Below are positions 57,982 through 64,000 of a stretch of DNA of 64,000 bases, in pieces. The notes below the pieces were generated by a model that saw nothing but the letters and a program-made list of their open reading frames with translations, had not been told where the DNA came from and ran no database searches. This stretch comes from an uncultured delta proteobacterium. GTDB taxonomy: Bacteria; Desulfobacterota; Binatia; Binatales; Binataceae. The position numbers and the translations under genes were made by a program. The stretch covers positions 1,280,001 through 1,344,000 of the forward strand of contig CAVRVY010000004.1 in NCBI GenBank assembly GCA_963724765.1, in the 5' to 3' direction. The stretch's first letter is position 1. Every line of letters starts with the position of its first letter.

Positions 57982-59253
57982 ATGCTTCGTCACTTGTATA
58001 ATGCGCTCTGGTACCCGGCACTGCCGCTTGCGCTAGCGCTAAGCGGCGGAGCGCGCGACGCCGGAACGCGGCGCGCGCGCATGGGAATGGCGTGGGCGAG
58101 CGACGGCGCGGCGCCCGCTGCCGCACCGCGAATCTGGGCGCATGCGGCGTCAGTGGGCGAAGTAGAAGCGTTGCGCGCCGTCGTGACGGCGCTGTTTCGC
58201 GAGCACCCCGGCGCGACCCTGGTCGTCACCACGATGACCGCCGCGGGGCGCGACGCCGCGCGGCGCTCGATTCCCGGTGCGCGGGCCCATCTGCTCGCAC
58301 CGCTCGACTGCCACCGCGCGCTGCGCCCCTTTCTGGACGCGCTCCGTCCCACGCTGGTGCTGATCGCGGAGACCGAGCTGTGGCCGAACTATTTCATCGA
58401 GTCGCATCGCGCCGGCGCGCGCGTCGCGATCGTCAACGGCCGCATCTCCGAACGTACGCTCGGCCGTTACCGCTGTGTTCGCCCGCTGCTTCGCGAAGCG
58501 CTAGCCTCAGCCGATCTCGTTCTCACCCAGACCGATGACGACGCGCGCCGTTTCCTCGCGCTCGGCGCGCCGCCGAGCCGTGTCATCGTGACCGGCAACA
58601 CCAAGTTCGATCTCGAGAGCCTCAACGCCGCACCGCTGCGCCCTGAGCTTCAGTCTTTCGCGCCCGGATGCCCGATACTGGTCGCCGGCTCGACCGCGCC
58701 GGGCGAGGAGCAAATCGTCGTCGACGCGTGGCGTGAACTGCGCATCCGCTTCGACCAACTGGCCCTCGCCCTCGCGCCGCGCCATCTCGAACGCGTCGCG
58801 GAAATCGAAGGAGTCCTGCGCGCCGCGGAAATCGAATACTCAAAGGCGAGCGCCCCGGACGCGGCCGCCGCCGGCACCTCCCGCGTGCTGCTGCTGGACA
58901 CGATGGGCGAGCTGCGTGCGATGTACGGACGCGGCATGGCCGCTTTCGTCGGCGGCAGCCTGATGCCCGGTCGCGGCGGACAGAGTCTTGCCGAGCCGGC
59001 CGCGGCCGCAGTGCCGGTGCTGTTCGGGCCCTTCCACGACAATCAGCGCGCCATAGCCTCGGCGCTGCTGGAGGCTCGGGCCGCGGCGGTGGTGCGTGAC
59101 GCCGCTGAACTCGCACGGGCCGTGGCTGCATTTCTCGACGACGAGGCCGAGCGACTGGCCGCCGGACTCCGCGCGCGCGCGGTGGTGGAACGGATGGGCG
59201 GCGGGGTCGCCGCAACCTTGATGCGTTTGCGGCCGCTGATTAGCGTGACCTGA
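57982..59253 (+). CDS. waaA: Kdo transferase
   Basis: WAHAASVGE, ETELWPN, NGRIS, GNTKFD, APRH.ER, DTMGEL, FVGGSL. Confidence 0.95.
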   Translation: MLRHLYNALWYPALPLALALSGGARDAGTRRARMGMAWASDGAAPAAAPRIWAHAASVGEVEALRAVVTALFREHPGATLVVTTMTAAGRDAARRSIPGARAHLLAPLDCHRALRPFLDALRPTLVLIAETELWPNYFIESHRAGARVAIVNGRISERTLGRYRCVRPLLREALASADLVLTQTDDDARRFLALGAPPSRVIVTGNTKFDLESLNAAPLRPELQSFAPGCPILVAGSTAPGEEQIVVDAWRELRIRFDQLALALAPRHLERVAEIEGVLRAAEIEYSKASAPDAAAAGTSRVLLLDTMGELRAMYGRGMAAFVGGSLMPGRGGQSLAEPAAAAVPVLFGPFHDNQRAIASALLEARAAAVVRDAAELARAVAAFLDDEAERLAAGLRARAVVERMGGGVAATLMRLRPLISVT

Positions 59254-59256
59254 GCG

Positions 59257-60435
59257 ATGACCAGTTCTACGCCAGCACCACCGAATCGTTCGCGCCTGGA
59301 GCGGTTGTGGCAGAACGACCTCGCGCTCCACGAGCGGCTGTTATGGGCCGCGCTGGTGCCCGCGGCCGGCGCTTATCGGGTCGCCCTGGCGGCGCGCGCC
59401 CTATGGTGGCGCAGGATGAAACGGCGCGTGCGCCCGCTGGTGGTGAGCGTCGGCAATCTAACGCTGGGCGGCAACTCCAAGACGCCCTTCACGCTGTTTC
59501 TTGCCTCGCGCCTGCGCATGCGTGGGTTGCGGGTCGCGATCGTGAGCCGCGGATGGGGCCGAGCGCCGAGCGCCGAGCGCGCGATTCTGGTTTCCGACGG
59601 CGAGCGGCTGCTCGCCAGCCTCGACGCGGCCGGCGACGAGGCGGTGATGATGGCGAAATCGTTCGCCGGTCCGATCGCGGTCGCGCGCCGGCGTATCGAC
59701 GGCATCGAGCTTATCGAACGGCGGCTCGGCCCGCTCGACGCCGTGGTGCTCGATGACGCTTTTCAGCACGTGCGCCTGGGACGCGACGTCGATCTGCTGT
59801 TGATGAACGCCGAGCGCGCAGTGGGCAACGGATGGTTGTTGCCGGCGGGCCCGATGCGCGAGCCGCTTCGCGCCGCGCGGCGCGCCGACGCGGTGATCGC
59901 GGTCGATGCGGACGGCGCCGGCGCCGCGGCCGAACGCGCGTCGGTGGCGGTCCCGCGCGCAATTGCCGCGCATCCGCGGCTACTGCGCGCCACGCTCAGG
60001 CCACGCGCGCTGGTTACGCCCGCCGGCGCGGCGGCACGATGGGTCGAAGGGCCATTGTCGCTGATGGGCCGCCGGGTAGTCGCGGTCAGCGGGCTTGCCA
60101 GCGCCGGCGGTTTTTATCGCATGCTGCGCGAGATGGAAACCGACCTGGTCGGCGTGCTCGAATATCCCGACCATCATGTGTACACGGCGGCCGACTGGCA
60201 CAGTATCGTCGCCGCCGGGCGCGGCGGCGCGGTGTTCGTGACCACCGAAAAGGATCTGGTGAAACTCGAGCGGTTTCCGTTCGAGCGCGATTCGCTGTAC
60301 GCTTTACGGCTCGAAGTCGTGATGGATCTCGATGACGAAACACGCCTCGTCGAAATGATCGTTGCGGCGCGCTCCGCCATGAGTGCCAATCCCGACCCGG
60401 AAACAAAGGAGGCCTTTGGCAAAAATGGCCGTTAG
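59257..60435 (+). CDS. lpxK: Tetraacyldisaccharide 4'-kinase
   Basis: SVGNLTLGGNSKTP, SRGWG, GDE, LDDAFQH, LLPAGPMRE, PDHH, TTEKD. Confidence 0.94.
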   Translation: MTSSTPAPPNRSRLERLWQNDLALHERLLWAALVPAAGAYRVALAARALWWRRMKRRVRPLVVSVGNLTLGGNSKTPFTLFLASRLRMRGLRVAIVSRGWGRAPSAERAILVSDGERLLASLDAAGDEAVMMAKSFAGPIAVARRRIDGIELIERRLGPLDAVVLDDAFQHVRLGRDVDLLLMNAERAVGNGWLLPAGPMREPLRAARRADAVIAVDADGAGAAAERASVAVPRAIAAHPRLLRATLRPRALVTPAGAAARWVEGPLSLMGRRVVAVSGLASAGGFYRMLREMETDLVGVLEYPDHHVYTAADWHSIVAAGRGGAVFVTTEKDLVKLERFPFERDSLYALRLEVVMDLDDETRLVEMIVAARSAMSANPDPETKEAFGKNGR

Positions 60436-60595
60436 CCAGGAACTGCTCGACATTCTGGCCTGCCCGAAGTGCAAGGGCGACCTGCACGTGACCGACAGGC
60501 AGGACGGACTCGTCTGCGACACCTGCCATCTGCTCTACCCGATTAAGGACGACATCCCGATCATGCTGATCGAGGAGGCGCAGGCAGTGAAGTGA
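60425..60595 (+). CDS. ycaR: Trm112/YcaR family protein
   Basis: LLDILACPKCKG.L...YPIKDDIPIML. Confidence 0.92.
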   Translation: MAVSQELLDILACPKCKGDLHVTDRQDGLVCDTCHLLYPIKDDIPIMLIEEAQAVK

Positions 60596-60623
60596 GGCGG
60601 TTGCGGAGGGCCGCGGCCGTGCG

Positions 60624-61391
60624 ATGAATATCGCGAACCATCCCGTTTCGCGCGCCGCCGCCGCGCGCGAGTTCTCCCGAATCTCGGCCGGCCCCTTCCA
60701 GCTTTACCTGCGCGCCGACCTGGCGCCTCATGCGGCGGCGCTCGCGGTCGCGCTCGGCGAGTTGGGCGCCGTCGGTTCTACCGGCACGGGTAATCGAGGC
60801 ACCGGCAATCGCGGCGGCGGCTTCAGGCTCGCGTTACCCGGCTGCCCGGAGCTGTTCGCGCGCCGCTCGCGGCGCGGCGGCGCGATGCGCCTGTTGCTCG
60901 ACGATCTCTACTTCGGACTCCATCCACGGCCGCTCAGCGAGTTGCTGGTCACCGCCGAGGCCGCGCGGCGGGGCGTGCCGCTGGCCGAGCCAATGGGCGC
61001 AGCAATACGATGGATCGCGCCGGGGCTTTACCGCGGCTTTTTTATCACGCGCGCAGCGGCCGGTATGACGCTATGGGAATTTCTGCGCACCGACGACGAC
61101 GCAGGCGTGCGCGCCCATGTGCTCGAGCGCGCGCGTGAGGCGATCGAGACGATGCTCCGGGTGGGCCTGTACCATCCCGACCTCAACCTTAACAACCTCT
61201 TCGTGACTCCGCATGGCGAGAGCTTCGCCGTCATCATCCTCGACCTCGACAAGGCGCGGCTACACGACCGCTCTTTAAGCGCCGCAGCCCGCCGCCGGAT
61301 CGCGGCGCGTCTTAAGCGCTCGGCGCACAAGCTCGATCCGCGCGGACGTTTCCTCGATACGGCCGCATTGTCTATTCTGAATTTCGCCTGA
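60624..61391 (+). CDS. Kdo kinase / LPS kinase family (KdkA-like)
   Basis: GNRG, RRGG, HPDLNLNNL, ILDLDKA, RLKRS. Confidence 0.8.
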   Translation: MNIANHPVSRAAAAREFSRISAGPFQLYLRADLAPHAAALAVALGELGAVGSTGTGNRGTGNRGGGFRLALPGCPELFARRSRRGGAMRLLLDDLYFGLHPRPLSELLVTAEAARRGVPLAEPMGAAIRWIAPGLYRGFFITRAAAGMTLWEFLRTDDDAGVRAHVLERAREAIETMLRVGLYHPDLNLNNLFVTPHGESFAVIILDLDKARLHDRSLSAAARRRIAARLKRSAHKLDPRGRFLDTAALSILNFA

Positions 61392-61428
61392 CTATCCGTG
61401 CGGCTGAGAACGCAGGAGGGTGCCGTCG

Positions 61429-61809
61429 ATGAAAGATGAAAAAATCGTCCCGCCCGAACAGGTGATGGCTTCGCTGTTCGAGGGGCGCGAGCGCCTGGAT
61501 CAGATGGCGCTGCTCGCGCGGCTCGAACACGGCGGAGCCTCGATCTATCGCGCCTGGGCCAGCGCCGAGCGCAACGTCAAGGCGCGCGACGCGCTGCTGG
61601 CCGCGGCGGAGCGCGAGGAGGCCAACGCCAAGTTGCTGCGCCTGATGAGCACGCCCAAGGGCGAGTGCGAAAAATGCCAGACCCCGCTCGCGCTCGCGGC
61701 CGAAGCCGTATGCTGCGCTTTCCAATGCACCTTCTGTTCCGAATGCGGGGCCGGATACAATCACGTATGCCCGAACTGCGGCGGCGAACTCATGAGCCGA
61801 GCCGCCTGA
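61429..61809 (+). CDS. DUF1272 Cys-rich domain with helical N-terminal extension
   Basis: CEKC...CAFQCTFCSEC...CPNCGGEL. Confidence 0.75.
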   Translation: MKDEKIVPPEQVMASLFEGRERLDQMALLARLEHGGASIYRAWASAERNVKARDALLAAAEREEANAKLLRLMSTPKGECEKCQTPLALAAEAVCCAFQCTFCSECGAGYNHVCPNCGGELMSRAA

Positions 61810-61838
61810 AGCCCCGACCGCCCGCTAGAGGATTTACG

Positions 61839-62704
61839 ATGCAGACAATCGGTGCGGTCAAGGAAATCTGGCGCTTCCCGATCAAATCGATGGCGGGCGA
61901 GTCGCTCGCGCGCGGCGAAGTCGGCGGCCTCGGGATCGTCGGCGATCGCGGCTGGGCGTTGCGTGACGAGAAGGCCGGCGAAATTCGCGGAGCCAAGAAG
62001 ATGCCGCAGTTGATGCAGTGTCACGCCGCCTATGATGAGGAGCCTGCGCCCGGCCGCGTGCCCGCGGCGACTATCACGCTGCCCAACGGCGAACGCGTGC
62101 GCACCGGCGACCGGGACGCCAACCAGAAACTGTCCGCGCGCTGCTCGGCCGGGCGGTGACGCTGTGGCCGCTGCAACCGAAAGAAAACAAGGATTTCTAT
62201 CGCCGCGCCGCTCCCGACAATCCCGACCTGATGACCGAATTGCGCGAGATCTTCGGCCGCGTGGGCGACGAGCCGATACCTGACCTTGGCGTATTTCCGC
62301 CTGAGATCCTGGAGTTCACCTCGCCGCTCGGCACCTACTTCGACGCTTTTCCGCTGCATGTGCTCACTACCGCATCGTTGAAGGAACTCGCGCGGCATAA
62401 TCCGGCGGCCCGCTTCGACGTGCGCCGCTTCCGTCCCAACATCCTGATCGACACTGGCGACACGGTGAATGGATTTGGTGAAGCCGGATGGAGCGGTAAA
62501 ACGCTGACCATCGGCGACGTGCGAATAAAGTTGGAGATGCCGTGTCCGCGATGCGTGATGCCGACGCTTAAGCAGAACGACCTGCCGCACGACCCCTCGG
62601 TGCTGCGCACCGTCGTGCGCGAGGCGGCGCAGAATCTCGGGATGTACGCGACGGTCGCGCACACGGGCAAAATTTCGGTCGGCGACCCGGTCTTGCTGGA
62701 ATAG
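61839..62704 (+). pseudogene. MOSC-domain protein split by a frameshift near 62135-62141
   Basis: N-half IWRFPIKSM.GE, GDRGWAL; C-half RRFRPNI, CPRC; frames join across a GCGCGC run. Confidence 0.8.
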
Positions 62705-62770
62705 GCCGAATCGCTGGGTGAGCGTGGCGGCGGTTTCTCCCTATCGCTCTTTGGGATTGGATTTACGGCT

Positions 62771-63718
62771 CTACGGGGCGGCTCCGGCTGCTTCGTGAGG
62801 AATCTCGTTCATGTCGGCGATCTGTCGCCGAAGCTTGGTGATCAGCTCCTCCTGCGCCTGAATCAGATTTCGAACTTCGAAGACGCTCGGGGTCTGCGCG
62901 CCGGCGTCCTTGTTCGGAACTACGACTAACTCGTGCGGCTGCTCGAATTCAGCGCTCTTGCGCATCGAGTCGCAGTCGGCGGCCGAAAGATCCGCCGCTT
63001 CGCATCGTTGGCCAATCATCTTATCCAGCTCCTTTCGCAGGCGCTTGATCTCCGCCTGTTGTAACTGGGCCTGATCGGCGAGCGACTCCTCATTCACCTG
63101 CGTCTGACCGGGCAGCGTGGACTCCATCGCGCGGCGGAGGTTCTCCCTTATGTTTTTTGTTGGATCCTCGCCAGCGCTGCCTTCTGCGTCGGCGGCCGTG
63201 TTGGTCGTGCCGGCCGGTCCGTTGTAACCGGGGCCGGTGGTGGCCCCGCGGAACATGCCGCGCGATTTGGAGCCGGTCGCGAAATTGATCAACGCAGCGG
63301 TTATCTTGTCCGGCAATTTACAGTCGAGCTTGCTCGGCGGCTCGAGTTTCACCGCCTCACCGCTGACGAGGACCTCGCTGCCGATGTTGTGGTCATCCGT
63401 ATGCACGTTGATAATCGCGTCGACCTGGTTCGGGTATTTTTCGCCCGCAACTTTTCTGAGATCGTCCGCCATGCCGAGGTGTTCAGGGTCTGTGGCCGCC
63501 TCGGCGAAAGGCTCCACGTAGCCGACTTTTCCAACCTCCTGGTAGCACGCGGTGTCAAGCGTATCCTCCGTGACATAGATATGCTCGGGGGGGCGCGACA
63601 CGCTCTGGGCCGTCGGCGCGCGAGCGGCCTCAGGCGGCTTTGCGGTCGCACAGGCCGAAAGCAAAACAGCCGTTATCGAGATCGAACCTAGATAGGCAGC
63701 AACGCGTATCGTACTCAT
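62771..63718 (-). CDS. Hypothetical lipoprotein with two coiled-coil segments
   Basis: Lipobox LLSAC; possible RcsF/YbjQ-like N-domain; QAQLQQAEIKRLRKEL and QAQEELITKLRRQI. Confidence 0.6.
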   Translation of the reverse strand: MSTIRVAAYLGSISITAVLLSACATAKPPEAARAPTAQSVSRPPEHIYVTEDTLDTACYQEVGKVGYVEPFAEAATDPEHLGMADDLRKVAGEKYPNQVDAIINVHTDDHNIGSEVLVSGEAVKLEPPSKLDCKLPDKITAALINFATGSKSRGMFRGATTGPGYNGPAGTTNTAADAEGSAGEDPTKNIRENLRRAMESTLPGQTQVNEESLADQAQLQQAEIKRLRKELDKMIGQRCEAADLSAADCDSMRKSAEFEQPHELVVVPNKDAGAQTPSVFEVRNLIQAQEELITKLRRQIADMNEIPHEAAGAAP

Positions 63719-63956
63719 CGGAGCCGCTCACCCGAGTCGGCGCTTTCGACCACGGGCTTGTTCGACAATATCATTTTTACCGCTTTGTGCTTTTCCACAG
63801 ACGAAAGTCCGCGCGGTTGGTTACAGCGAAAGTGCCGCGGCTTGCGCTGCCGTGCGGGCTTGAACGGATGCCGGTCGGCGGGCTAGTACAACTTGGCGGC
63901 AAAAGGCTTGCGGTACTATGGCCGATGACCGCGGTTGCTCGAAGGAGTACTTGACC

Positions 63957-64000
63957 ATGCTAACGCTCTTTTATGCTCCGGGGGCCTGCTCGATGGCATC
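63957..64000 (+). CDS. Glutathione S-transferase, 5' end only
   Basis: AAGGAG RBS; MLTLFYAPGACSMA. Confidence 0.75.
   Translation, partial: MLTLFYAPGACSMA

Overview
High-GC diderm bacterial chromosome segment with deltaproteobacterial-like gene order. cofC, an HpnN-like RND transporter and a P450 would fit a lineage such as Candidatus Binatota, but that is inference only. It is mostly core genes: mlaEF, mutL-miaA-accA-pheA-hisC-tyrA-cmk-rpsA-ihfB-HIT, rpmB, moaA, and a long envelope cluster (lolCE-lolD-bamA-skp-fabZ-lpxA-lpxI-gnnA-[sco,usp]-lpxB-waaA-lpxK-ycaR-kdkA) with divergent gspD-lpxL. I saw no tRNA, rRNA, CRISPR array, integrase or transposase. Best candidates for under-described systems: (1) a four-gene exported module of a MauG/bCCP-type diheme enzyme, a Tat metallophosphoesterase, a SoxA/TsdA-like monoheme cytochrome c and DUF2141 (5.7-9.5 kb); (2) a sigma-54 cassette with a sensor-less enhancer-binding protein, two divergent -24/-12 promoters (one inside a 23-bp palindrome), a small CxxC/CxxC protein and a G/GGA-rich 3' region (30.9-33 kb). 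Other oddities are a periodic CGAAC array after rpmB, a probable ATA start for lpxA, a frameshifted MOSC gene and many short in-frame micro-duplications. All calls come from motif recognition by eye; no searches were run.
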